A stretch of 32,000 nt of DNA from Bellilinea caldifistulae (lineage in GTDB: Bacteria; Chloroflexota; Anaerolineae; Anaerolineales; Anaerolineaceae): positions 1 through 32,000 of the forward strand of contig NZ_LGHJ01000009.1 in NCBI RefSeq assembly GCF_001306055.1, written 5' to 3'. Below are positions 23,821-32,000 of this stretch, piece after piece (within the stretch, counting starts at the first letter, position 1; each line of letters begins with the position of its first letter). The notes beneath the pieces were generated by a model that saw only the letters and a program-made list of their open reading frames with translations, did not search any database and was not told the DNA's origin. The position numbers and the translations under genes are program-made.

Positions 23821-24615
23821 TCATTGCAAAAAACTCAACGCCAGACTGCGCACCACCAGATACCAGCCATCCACCATCACAAATAACAAGAGCTTGAACG
23901 GCAGGGCAACCAGCGAAGGCGGCAACATGATCATACCCATCGAAAGCAGCACGCTGGAAACCACCAGATCAATGACCAAGAAGGGTATGAAGATGACAAA
24001 ACCCATGGTAAAAGCTGTGCGCAGTTCACTGATGACAAAGGCGGGAAACAGGGCAACCGTGGGAATATCCTCCACGGTTTGCGGCTGCGGCTCGCCGCTC
24101 AAATCCAAAAACAATTGAATGTCTTTTTCGCGGGTATGCGCCAACATGAAAGCCCGCACCGGTTCAACCGCCTTCTTGAAGGCCGTTTCCTGATCAATTT
24201 CCTCCTTCAAGTAGGGTTGAATGGCGGTTTGATCCACCTGCTGATAGACCGGAGACATGATGAAAAAGGTCAAGAGCAGAGATAAGCCAATGACCACCTG
24301 ATTTGGCGGAATGGTCGGTGAGCCGATGGCGCTGCGCAGCATGGAAAGCACAATCACAATCCGGGTAAACGAAGTTGCCAGAATCAGGATGGCCGGCGCA
24401 AGCGAAAGCACGGTCAGTAAAACCAGCAACTGCACCCCGCTGGTTACCTGCTTTGGCTGTCCCTCCGGTTCAATCGTCAGGGTGACCCCCGGCACGCTGA
24501 GGTTGGGATCGCCCACACATCCGCTCAACACCAGCGAAACAAGCAGCAGCACGGCCAGAATCATCAACATTTTTTGACGGCGGGAAAGACCGGTCAACCA
24601 TGCTTTGATTTTCAT
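23821..24615 (-). CDS. fliP: flagellar export gate protein FliP
   Basis: Contains TSFTRIVIVLSMLRSAIG and PNQVVIGLSLLLTFFIMSPV. The start was taken as ATG 24615 (MKIKAWLTGLS, signal-like), after the fliO stop at 24623. Confidence 0.93.
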   Translation of the reverse strand: MKIKAWLTGLSRRQKMLMILAVLLLVSLVLSGCVGDPNLSVPGVTLTIEPEGQPKQVTSGVQLLVLLTVLSLAPAILILATSFTRIVIVLSMLRSAIGSPTIPPNQVVIGLSLLLTFFIMSPVYQQVDQTAIQPYLKEEIDQETAFKKAVEPVRAFMLAHTREKDIQLFLDLSGEPQPQTVEDIPTVALFPAFVISELRTAFTMGFVIFIPFLVIDLVVSSVLLSMGMIMLPPSLVALPFKLLLFVMVDGWYLVVRSLALSFLQ

Positions 24616-24622
24616 GGCGAAA

Positions 24623-25126
24623 TTATTCCTTTCCACTCGACCTGACCTGCAAAAAGCCCTGTAACAGTCGGTTGAAATCTTGACCAATGGGGATGGGTTG
24701 TTCATCATCCGCCGGATCGGCCAGTTCGACCTGTGAAATCAGCGAAATGTTCTGATCGGTGGCGCCGACCAGGAATTGCTGCCCGCCTACCCGCACCAGA
24801 TGCAAAGCCTGCTTGGGTGAAAGGCGGATGGTTTCAACCACCATCATCTGGCCGCCACGGCTCAAGCGGCGCGGGTTACGCGCCCAGCGCATGACGATAA
24901 CCCCACAGCCGACAATGAGCAGCAAAACGCCGATCAGTTTCACCACCACGCCCGCAAAATAGAGGGTCGAGGGTTCATCCGCTGGCTGCTGAGGGGCAGC
25001 CCCGCCGCTGATGACCAGCCCAAAACTGGCAAGTACTCCTACCAGCAGCAGCACAGCCTGAATTTTCTGTTTTCGGCTGGCAGCCGCAAACCACTGCTGA
25101 AGGCGGTTTCGCAATGCCGTCATCAC
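24623..25126 (-). CDS. fliO: flagellar biosynthesis protein FliO/FliZ
   Basis: It lies between fliN and fliP. It has a TM helix plus LSPKQALHLVRVGGQQFLVGATDQNISLI, a FliO-type motif. Its start overlaps the fliN stop. Confidence 0.75.
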   Translation of the reverse strand: MMTALRNRLQQWFAAASRKQKIQAVLLLVGVLASFGLVISGGAAPQQPADEPSTLYFAGVVVKLIGVLLLIVGCGVIVMRWARNPRRLSRGGQMMVVETIRLSPKQALHLVRVGGQQFLVGATDQNISLISQVELADPADDEQPIPIGQDFNRLLQGFLQVRSSGKE

Positions 25127-25470
25127 AGGTTTCCTTTGCGATTTTCGGGGCTGATGACCTCGGTGATGCGCACACCGAACTTATCATCCACCACCACCAC
25201 TTCGCCGCGGGCAATTAACAGGTCATTGACGAACACATCCACCGGATCGCCCGCCAACCGGTCCAGTTCAATCACCGAACCGTTTTGCAGGTCCAAAACC
25301 TGCTGTAAAGTCATGCGGGTGCGCCCCAATTCCACCGTCACCTTCAACATCACATCCATGAATAGATCAATGCTGGCGCTTTCCCGGCTGGTGGTCTTCA
25401 CCGCTGCAGTGGTTGCCGGGCGCGCAGGTGCCGGCGCATTTTCAAATTCGACCGGATCGTTTTCGTTCAT
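25123..25470 (-). CDS. fliN: flagellar motor switch protein FliN (short form, no CheC-like domain)
   Basis: The 115-aa product has a SpoA domain (VTVELGRTRMTLQQVLDLQNGSVIELDRLAGDPVDVFVNDLLIARGEVVVVDDKFGVRITEV). Confidence 0.92.
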   Translation of the reverse strand: MNENDPVEFENAPAPARPATTAAVKTTSRESASIDLFMDVMLKVTVELGRTRMTLQQVLDLQNGSVIELDRLAGDPVDVFVNDLLIARGEVVVVDDKFGVRITEVISPENRKGNL

Positions 25471-25473
25471 CGT

Positions 25474-26526
25474 TCACCTCTCGATCTCATCGGTAGGGTC
25501 AGCCGGTTCGCGAATGACCCCGTTGATTTGAATGGCAATATTTCGACCGCTGCGTCCAACCCGTCCGGTAAATCGCTTGCGGCGGGCCACTTCCACCACC
25601 AGCGGTTCGCGGATGGAAGTATCCAGTTGAATGACATCTCCCACAGCCAGATTCAGAATTTCCCGCAGGCGTAATTCAGCCTGTCCCAGCGGCACCCGGA
25701 TGGGAAGGGTGACACGCTGCATATTTTGCAGAACCTTCTCACGGGTGGTGTAGTCCTGCTGCTGCTCCTTGCGTCCGGCAATCCAGATGTGGGGATTCAG
25801 CACATTGGCAATCGGTTTGAGCGTGTTGAAGGGGATAAAGAGGCTCATCGTACCGGTGGTACCTTGAATGTTCAACTCAAAGGTGAGCAGCATCACCCGC
25901 TCATTGCCCATGATCATCTGTACCCAGTGTTGATTGGTGGTGGAGTCCTCCAGGGTGGGTTCCACCGAAACCACCTTGCTCCAGGCCGCCTTAATATCAC
26001 CCAGCATGTGTTCCACCAGCCCGCGCAGCAAGGACTGGTCAATTTCGGTTAACGGACGATCCTGATAGCGTCCCTCGATTTTCCCACCCAGCCGCTGTTC
26101 CAAAATCAGGTAACTGATGTTGGGGCTCATGGTGATCACCACCTGACTGGGCAGCGGTGCAAGGTTGATCATGTGAAACAGGGAGTTGGGTGGAAAATCT
26201 TTGAGAAAATCGTGGAAACGTCCCTGTTCGGTATGCACCAGACGCGGGCGTAAATTGGTGCGTAAAAAGGTCGGCAGTGAGGTAGTCAGCCGCTCGGTCA
26301 GGTCTTCATGCACCAGTTCCACCGCGCGCATCTGCTCCTTGGAGAAGCGGTCCGGCGACCAGAAGTTGTAGGACGTTACCTTCTTGCCGCCTTCGGTCTC
26401 AGCGCGCCCGCGCTGCTCGCCGCCCTGGTTAATCAGTTCGGCAAGATTGACGCTTTCCTGACCGTCTTTCTGGTCAACCTCAATGGCGCCTTTGAGTAGT
26501 GCGTCAATTTCGGACTGGGATAACAT
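25474..26526 (-). CDS. fliM: flagellar motor switch protein FliM
   Basis: The N-terminal CheY-P binding peptide is MLSQSEIDALLKG. The product is 350 aa and ends in a SpoA-like domain. Confidence 0.95.
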   Translation of the reverse strand: MLSQSEIDALLKGAIEVDQKDGQESVNLAELINQGGEQRGRAETEGGKKVTSYNFWSPDRFSKEQMRAVELVHEDLTERLTTSLPTFLRTNLRPRLVHTEQGRFHDFLKDFPPNSLFHMINLAPLPSQVVITMSPNISYLILEQRLGGKIEGRYQDRPLTEIDQSLLRGLVEHMLGDIKAAWSKVVSVEPTLEDSTTNQHWVQMIMGNERVMLLTFELNIQGTTGTMSLFIPFNTLKPIANVLNPHIWIAGRKEQQQDYTTREKVLQNMQRVTLPIRVPLGQAELRLREILNLAVGDVIQLDTSIREPLVVEVARRKRFTGRVGRSGRNIAIQINGVIREPADPTDEIER

Positions 26527-26529
26527 GGC

Positions 26530-27135
26530 TCACTGCACCACAAACTCGGTGAAATAGACGGAGAGCAGGTGAAATTCCGGCAGGCGCTGCTGAATGGCCT
26601 GCATCAATTCCTGCCGCAGGCGTTCTTTGCCCTCAGCAGTGTAAAGTTCCTCAAACGTCTTGGTGGAAAGCAGGGTGATCACCACATCGTCCATCACCGG
26701 CATGCGCGACTGAATGCGGGTTTCAAAATCATTGCCGGCCGCAGCAGCCTCCCCTGAGTCATGCCCCCCGGATGCTTTAGCCGATTTTTCGTCCGCCGGG
26801 GCTTCCTCCGGCGCAAATTCCAGCACAACCGTCAGACGGATGTACTTGCGCCCGCTGGGATCAGCCAGATTGATGATTTTGGTGGACATATTGACCATAA
26901 TTCCTTCCCCCGGCTGATACACATGCGGGGTGGGGGTTGGTTCCACAGCGGCTTCCACCGAGCCCAACGGCAGAGTACTGCGGGAATAATCGTAAACCAG
27001 GTGGAAGGGTTTGGGGAAATCATCCGGCGCAAACATGATGTAGGCGGTTGCCAGTGAAATGGCAGCAATCGCCGTCACCACCAGAAAGGTCATCACCTTG
27101 GTTACAATGTTGAGAATATTCAGGACTTTGCTCAT
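26530..27135 (-). CDS. fliL: flagellar basal-body-associated protein FliL
   Basis: Has a single N-terminal TM helix, then KYIRLTVVLEF and a conserved C-terminal region. It lies between motB and fliM. Confidence 0.85.
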   Translation of the reverse strand: MSKVLNILNIVTKVMTFLVVTAIAAISLATAYIMFAPDDFPKPFHLVYDYSRSTLPLGSVEAAVEPTPTPHVYQPGEGIMVNMSTKIINLADPSGRKYIRLTVVLEFAPEEAPADEKSAKASGGHDSGEAAAAGNDFETRIQSRMPVMDDVVITLLSTKTFEELYTAEGKERLRQELMQAIQQRLPEFHLLSVYFTEFVVQ

Positions 27136-27152
27136 TGTTCTTGCTCCTTACT

Positions 27153-27938
27153 TTAAGGTAGCGGGACACTGGGGGCTACATTGAGATTTTCAACCCCGAT
27201 GACACTGTTCTCGATTGGATAAACGATGATGATATCTACCCGGCTGTTCAAAGCGCGATGTGCGGGTGTGTCGTTGGGAAAGATTGGGTCATATTCCGCT
27301 CGGCCGGTGATGATCAGGCGACTGGGAGCAATGCCGTTTTGCATCAAAAAGTCGGCCACGCTCATCGCCCGCGCCAGTGAAAGTTCCCAGTTATTTCGGT
27401 AGGGCGAATCGGAAGGCAGGGAATCATCCGTGTGTCCAACCAATCGAATTGGATTGCTGATCGGCCGCACCATCTCCACAATGGTATGAAGCACCTCCAG
27501 GGCCGAGGGGGAAAGTTCTGCCCGCCCCGGCGCAAACACCAGCTTCTCGCTCAACGAAATCAGCACCCCCTCGATGTTGGTCTGCACGCTGATCTCGTTG
27601 CCGAATTGGGTACCGGACAACATGCGGGTCAACTGGCCGGCCACTTCCTCAGACTTGGGAGGGGCTTCGGGGATGCCCGGCACAACAATCGGTTTGGGCT
27701 GGCCGTTTTCAATCGTGCCGCCACTCTGGTTGATCTGGACATCCACCACACGCGCCGCGCCGCCCAGCGAAAAGGCCGCCCGCATGCTCTCGGCCAGTCG
27801 TTTGTACTTTTCCACGTCAATCTGCCCCATCGAGTACAGCACCACGAACAACACCATCAACAAGGTGATGAAGTCCGCGTAACTGACCAGCCAGCGTTCG
27901 CTGTTTTCGCCGCCTTCGCCGCCGCCACCGTGTGCCAT
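27153..27938 (-). CDS. motB: flagellar stator protein MotB (OmpA-like peptidoglycan-binding domain)
   Basis: The plug/TM region is ERWLVSYADFITLLMVLFVVLYS, including the conserved Asp. The C-terminus has GHTD...SNWELSLARA. Confidence 0.92.
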   Translation of the reverse strand: MAHGGGGEGGENSERWLVSYADFITLLMVLFVVLYSMGQIDVEKYKRLAESMRAAFSLGGAARVVDVQINQSGGTIENGQPKPIVVPGIPEAPPKSEEVAGQLTRMLSGTQFGNEISVQTNIEGVLISLSEKLVFAPGRAELSPSALEVLHTIVEMVRPISNPIRLVGHTDDSLPSDSPYRNNWELSLARAMSVADFLMQNGIAPSRLIITGRAEYDPIFPNDTPAHRALNSRVDIIIVYPIENSVIGVENLNVAPSVPLP

Positions 27939-27941
27939 GGC

Positions 27942-28769
27942 TTACGCTCCTGCTTCTTTCGCGGCTGCCGCCGCTTTCTTGGCGGGCTTTTCAGCCCCTT
28001 TGTCTTCTTCGCCTTTGACTGCCGACGGAGGCAGGTAGGCGTTCAACTTCTCGCGCACGATGCGCGGGTTCTCACCAGCCTGAATGGACAAAATCCCCTC
28101 CAGCAGCATGTAGCGCAGGTGAGCCTCTTCATCACTCTTGGCTTTGAGTTTTGCGCCAATCGGCAGGAAAATCAGGTTGGCGCTCAACAAGCCCCATAGA
28201 GTCGCCAGAAACGCGCCCGCAATGGACTTTGCCAGCTTGTTGGGATCATCCAGCGATTGCAGTACCGAGATCAGCCCCATAACCGTACCGATAATGCCGA
28301 AAGTGGGGGCAAAACCGCCCGCGGCAGTGAAGAAACTGTAGCCGGCGCGGTGACGGGCTTGCATCTGTTGAATATTGATCTCCATGATCGAGCGCACCTG
28401 AGCCGGATCCACGCCGTCCACCACCATCATGATGCCTTTTTGCAAGAATTTATCGGTGATTTTCTTGCTGTCCTCTTCCAGGGCCAACAGACCGTCTCGC
28501 CGGGCGCGGTCAGCCATCTTCACCAGCAATTCAATCAATTCATGTTCATCATGCTTGGCTCCCATGATGGCCTTGCTGATCAAAACCGGCAATTTAGTTA
28601 CGATTTTCAGGGAGGTGGTGATGGTAGTTGCCATGATGGCTCCCAAAGCCGTGATCATAATCGCCGAGGGATGGGCAAACAACTCTGCCGGTGTCCCTCC
28701 ATCCAAAATCATGACGGTCACCACCACAATAACCGCGCCGATCAAACCGATGATTGTTGCCAGATCCAT
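27942..28769 (-). CDS. motA: flagellar stator protein MotA
   Basis: The 275-aa product has a MotA/ExbB-type channel region (IAGAFLATLWGLLSANLIFLPIGAKLK) and a Lys/Ala-rich C-terminal tail. Confidence 0.93.
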   Translation of the reverse strand: MDLATIIGLIGAVIVVVTVMILDGGTPAELFAHPSAIMITALGAIMATTITTSLKIVTKLPVLISKAIMGAKHDEHELIELLVKMADRARRDGLLALEEDSKKITDKFLQKGIMMVVDGVDPAQVRSIMEINIQQMQARHRAGYSFFTAAGGFAPTFGIIGTVMGLISVLQSLDDPNKLAKSIAGAFLATLWGLLSANLIFLPIGAKLKAKSDEEAHLRYMLLEGILSIQAGENPRIVREKLNAYLPPSAVKGEEDKGAEKPAKKAAAAAKEAGA

Positions 28770-28781
28770 CGCATTACCTCA

Positions 28782-28988
28782 CTATCTGTCCTGATTGGTA
28801 AACAAGGGCTGCGAAATTTGCCGTCGGTATTCGATGTAGCGTTCACGGATAACCTCTGGTGATTCGCGCACCACCAGTTTTTTATCGTTGATCAGAGTGA
28901 CCACGGTATCCGGTGTTCTTTCCACGCTTTGAATCAACTCCGGGTTGAGGTAAAATTCCGTTCCATTGAGCCGAGTCAGCCGAATCAC
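28782..28988 (-). CDS. flbD: flagellar protein FlbD
   Basis: The 68-aa product is IRLTRLNGTEFYLNPELIQSVERTPDTVVTLINDKKLVVRESPEVI, the FlbD signature. GTG start at 28988 with an AAAGG RBS. It is the first gene after a 225-nt divergent spacer. Confidence 0.88.
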   Translation of the reverse strand: MIRLTRLNGTEFYLNPELIQSVERTPDTVVTLINDKKLVVRESPEVIRERYIEYRRQISQPLFTNQDR

Positions 28989-29174
28989 ATCACAACCTTT
29001 CTAAACATCAGCCATCGAAACGCCTTAAATCAGTTCTCCCACGCAAGAATCTAACATATTGCCCCTTTCATGGACATAAAGATGCCGTGAAAGCCCTGTA
29101 AAGAACATCTAAAAATTCCCCCTCACCTTTCATTTTCATTAATTACCCGCCATTGTGAAGGATGCCTATCCGAA

Positions 29175-29182
29175 TGTATAAT
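29175..29182 (+). promoter_or_regulatory. extended -10 element (TGTATAAT) upstream of the hybrid kinase gene
   Basis: TGTATAAT is an exact TGnTATAAT match, 32 nt upstream of ATG 29214. TTGTGA at 29152-29157 is a poor -35 with a 19-nt spacer. Confidence 0.4.
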
Positions 29183-29213
29183 ACTCGTGCAGGAGGTAAA
29201 CCAAAGGTCACAC

Positions 29214-31130
29214 ATGCCGCATCCGGATAAACGGGTTCTGATTTTGGATGACGATGGCGCGCTGGGGACCATGCTGCGCGATTTCATTGCGCATGCCTGC
29301 CAGTGTGAGGTCGTTCATCTTGATCATCCAGATGATTTATGGGGAACGCTGGAAAGCGGCGATTTTGATGTGCTGTTTTTGGATTACAAACTCCCCGGCA
29401 GCAACGGCATTGAAATTCTGGAACGGCTTTACCAGAATCCCTGTTACCGCCATCTGCCCGTCATCATGATGACCGGCGAAGGCAGCGAAACAGTCGCAGC
29501 CCGCGCCATTCAGACCGGGGCAATGGACTATCTGGTCAAGACCGAATTATCGTTTGAAATGCTGCCAGCCCTGATTGAAAAAGCCGCTCAGCGCCGCGCC
29601 ATGCAACAGGCCATTCAAGAAGCGCGGCAAAAAGTAGAATATCAGGCGATGCTGCTGAACAACGCCCGTGATGCCATCATCAGCTGGGACTTGAACAACA
29701 TTATTACCTACTGGAATCAGGCAGCCGAACGATTATTCGGTTTTTCAGCCGAGTACATGCTGGGAAAACCTGTTTTCGAAGCCTATTTTTCACTGTTCGA
29801 GCAGCCCCAGCGCCGCAGCGCTGCCGATGAAAATGTGACTCTGCTGGGCGAACGACGCTTCCGCCACCCCCAGCGCGGTATGATATGGGTCAGTTCGCAA
29901 ATCAGCCGGCTATACGGCGGCGAAGATGGCAATCAACTGATCGGCACGATGGATGTGGTGCGCGACATTACCCTGACCAAGCAGGAACAGGAATCGCTGG
30001 CTCAAAGCCAGCATTTCATCAAACGCATTCTGGAAACCATCCCGCATATCATCTACATCATCCACTTGCGGGAAAATCAACTGCGCTACGTCAGTCCCAA
30101 AGTCAAGGATCTGCTGGGGTACTCGATCGAAGAAGCCGAAGCCATCCCCTTCCATAAGATTCTCGACGGTGTACATATGGAAGACCGCGAACGCGTCCGG
30201 CAGCATTACAAGAACTACCTCAAACAGCCGCCCCTGCAAGCTTTGACCATCGAATACCGTTTGAAGAATGCTGCCGGCCAGTGGCGCTGGCTGCGTAATG
30301 TTGAAACCATCTTTTCGCTGGATGGGGTGGGTAACCCGGTCGAAATCATCGGCATCTGCGAGGACATCACCGCCCGCAAAGAGATGGAAGAAAAACTGAG
30401 CGCTTCTCAGGTGTATGTTACCCAGACGGCGCGCATGGCGGCCATCGGTCAACTGGCGGCCAGCGTTGCCCATCAGATCAGCAATCCCCTGACCACCATC
30501 ATCGCCGATTCCCAGCTGCTGCTGCGCAGTTTGCCGCAGGACGAGGAGCAAGCCGATTCCTTGAAAGCCATTCTTTCGGCCGGCTGGCGGATGCAGGAAG
30601 TGATTGATCTCTTAATGAAATTTTCACAGCCGAGCAGCAGCACAAGACAGATATTATCAATTAATGATACAATTAGTAAAGCAATTTTACTGGCGGGATC
30701 TCATTTACGTTCCGCACAAATTGATCTGCATCTCAACCTCAGCGAACCCTCCCCATTGATTTTGGGTTTTGAACAACGTCTGGTGGATTTGTGGGTTAAT
30801 TTATTGCTTGCGGAACACCCTGCGGATCCCAATCAATCACCCCGCAACATCTGGATCGAATCGCGCAGCGTGGAGGGGGATATTCTTGTAACCATCAGCG
30901 ATGATGGCCAACCCATCTCCGCCGAGGAAATGGAAACCCTCTTTGAACCCCAACTGATTCCGCGCGGTACCGGAAGGGGCAACGGCATTGAGCTGAGCCT
31001 GTGCCGGGAGATTGTCCGCCAGCACGAAGGCTCTATTCAAGTCAGCAGTCAAGAGGGAAGAACAGTTTTTACAATTTGCTTGCCTTCAGGAGTGGATGGA
31101 AATGGACGGGAAGAAGATCTTGATAATTGA
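29214..31130 (+). CDS. hybrid sensor histidine kinase: N-terminal receiver + two PAS domains + HisKA + HATPase_c
   Basis: The receiver has VLILDDDGALG, VLFLDYKLPGSNG and MDYLVKT. Two PAS-like segments follow. The H-box is SVAHQISNPLTTI, and the ATPase G-boxes are ISDDGQPI and GTGRGNGIELSL. The start is ATG 29214 or GTG 29187. Confidence 0.9.
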   Translation: MPHPDKRVLILDDDGALGTMLRDFIAHACQCEVVHLDHPDDLWGTLESGDFDVLFLDYKLPGSNGIEILERLYQNPCYRHLPVIMMTGEGSETVAARAIQTGAMDYLVKTELSFEMLPALIEKAAQRRAMQQAIQEARQKVEYQAMLLNNARDAIISWDLNNIITYWNQAAERLFGFSAEYMLGKPVFEAYFSLFEQPQRRSAADENVTLLGERRFRHPQRGMIWVSSQISRLYGGEDGNQLIGTMDVVRDITLTKQEQESLAQSQHFIKRILETIPHIIYIIHLRENQLRYVSPKVKDLLGYSIEEAEAIPFHKILDGVHMEDRERVRQHYKNYLKQPPLQALTIEYRLKNAAGQWRWLRNVETIFSLDGVGNPVEIIGICEDITARKEMEEKLSASQVYVTQTARMAAIGQLAASVAHQISNPLTTIIADSQLLLRSLPQDEEQADSLKAILSAGWRMQEVIDLLMKFSQPSSSTRQILSINDTISKAILLAGSHLRSAQIDLHLNLSEPSPLILGFEQRLVDLWVNLLLAEHPADPNQSPRNIWIESRSVEGDILVTISDDGQPISAEEMETLFEPQLIPRGTGRGNGIELSLCREIVRQHEGSIQVSSQEGRTVFTICLPSGVDGNGREEDLDN

Positions 31131-31866
31131 AGATGATGACATTGTTGCCCGCACCATTGAACGCTGTCTGCGCGGTGGTGAATACCGCGTCACCATTGCC
31201 AGCAGCGGAGTTGAGGGGCTTCAGGCCGCCCGGCGTGACGTGCCCGATCTGGTCATTCTGGATGTAATCATGCCCGGCATGGACGGCTATACCGTCTGTA
31301 AAGAAATGCGGAAGGATACTCTGCTTGCCGAAGTGCCCATTCTCTTCCTGACCGCCAAGACCAAAGACGATGATAAGATCACCGGACTGGCAGCCGGTGC
31401 GGACGATTATCTTGGCAAACCTTTCAATGTGGATGAATTATTGCTGCGCATCAAAGCCATTTTGCGCCGCACCCAACGCATGAAACAGGAAAGCGCACAG
31501 CCAGCCGGGCCGGCCGCCGAAGCCAGCCCACGGAAAGAAGCGCCGGAGCGGATCGTCCGCATCGGCGAGTACACCCTCAACACCCGCACCTTCGAGTTTT
31601 ACAGCCCGCAAACCGGGAAATTCCGCCTGACGCCGGTGCAATACGACTTGCTCTATCACCTGATGACTCATCCCGGTGAAATTTTCTCACCCAACCGCCT
31701 GCTGGATGAGGTATGGGACTACCCCAGCGATGCCGGTAGTCCCGATCTGGTGCGGGTGCACATCAAAAACCTGCGCGAACGTATCGAACTCGATCCAAAA
31801 AATCCGGTCTTTATTCAAACCGTACCGGGCTACGGCTACACCATTCCACTTCCTGAGGAAGGATAG
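31096..31866 (+). CDS. OmpR/PhoB-family response regulator (receiver + winged-helix DNA-binding domain)
   Basis: The receiver has KILIIEDDD, LVILDVIMPGMDG and DDYLGKPF. The C-terminus has LTPVQYDLLYHLMTHPGEIFSPNRLLDEVW...VRVHIKNLRERIE...IQTVPGYGY. Start ATG 31096 follows CAGGAG and overlaps the kinase 3' end by 35 nt. Confidence 0.92.
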   Translation: MEMDGKKILIIEDDDIVARTIERCLRGGEYRVTIASSGVEGLQAARRDVPDLVILDVIMPGMDGYTVCKEMRKDTLLAEVPILFLTAKTKDDDKITGLAAGADDYLGKPFNVDELLLRIKAILRRTQRMKQESAQPAGPAAEASPRKEAPERIVRIGEYTLNTRTFEFYSPQTGKFRLTPVQYDLLYHLMTHPGEIFSPNRLLDEVWDYPSDAGSPDLVRVHIKNLRERIELDPKNPVFIQTVPGYGYTIPLPEEG

Positions 31867-31883
31867 CGGGGAATTTAACCTTT

Positions 31884-32000
31884 ATGCAGCCAGAAAATTT
31901 ATCGGTCGAATTTGCCGTCTGGGAAAATATCGCAAAAATTTACGAAGCGTTAAGTACACCCGCACCTCTGGAAGACCGCCTGAGGAAGGGATTGAACCTG
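31884..32000 (+). CDS. possible 5' end of a further gene (runs off the window)
   Basis: ATG 31884 opens 39 codons without a stop (MQPENLSVEFAVWENIAKIYEALSTPAPLEDRLRKGLNL). The RBS is weak and no family was recognised. Confidence 0.3.
   Translation, partial: MQPENLSVEFAVWENIAKIYEALSTPAPLEDRLRKGLNL

Noticed and set aside
29040-29102. Candidate promoters for flbD on the minus strand: TTTACA-N17-TTATGT, and a GGCAAT...TTGC sigma-54-like pair.
   Set aside because: The -10 hexamer is poor. The GG/GC spacing is 18 nt rather than the 11-12 nt required for sigma-54. Neither is convincing enough to annotate.
1-32000. Scan for CRISPR arrays, tRNA/rRNA genes, long direct or tandem repeats, and defence or toxin-antitoxin modules.
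   Set aside because: None were seen by eye. Essentially all sequence is accounted for by protein-coding genes with short spacers. The only repeated units are gene paralogs (cheX/cheX, HDOD/HDOD, flgF/flgG).

Overview
The window is almost entirely one co-directional motility locus on the minus strand. It holds 36 tightly packed genes spanning 1108..28988. Three blocks can be read in the direction of transcription. (i) flbD-motA-motB-fliL-fliM-fliN-fliO-fliP-fliQ-[HDOD]-[REC]-fliR-flhB-flhA-flhF-[small membrane ORF]-fliA-[small HTH ORF]-flgF-flgG. (ii) A sigma-28-type promoter, then flgM-flgN-flgK-flgL-csrA and an intrinsic terminator. (iii) cheA-cheC-cheD-cheY-cheB-cheR-[HDOD]-cheX-cheX-cheW-[PAS/HD-GYP], ending at a strong hairpin. 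The gene content resembles monoderm (Firmicutes/Thermotogae/Chloroflexi-like) fla/che loci: flbD, fliO, cheC/cheD/cheX, csrA next to flgKL, two FlgG-like rod genes, and no L/P-ring genes in the window. The taxon cannot be determined from this sequence alone. The left edge carries a truncated IS5-like transposase gene and a small 4-TM membrane protein gene. The right edge carries a divergently transcribed hybrid REC-PAS-PAS histidine kinase and an OmpR-type response regulator. No rRNA, tRNA or CRISPR array was seen. The notable features are non-canonical regulators wired into conserved flagellar and chemotaxis positions. An HDOD+receiver pair splits fliQ from fliR. A second HDOD paralog and an HD-GYP phosphodiesterase sit inside the che operon. 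An unknown membrane ORF occupies the usual flhG slot. A sigma-region-4-like mini-protein is translationally coupled to fliA. csrA lacks an adjacent fliW. All functional interpretations are inference from motifs read by eye. No database search was run.
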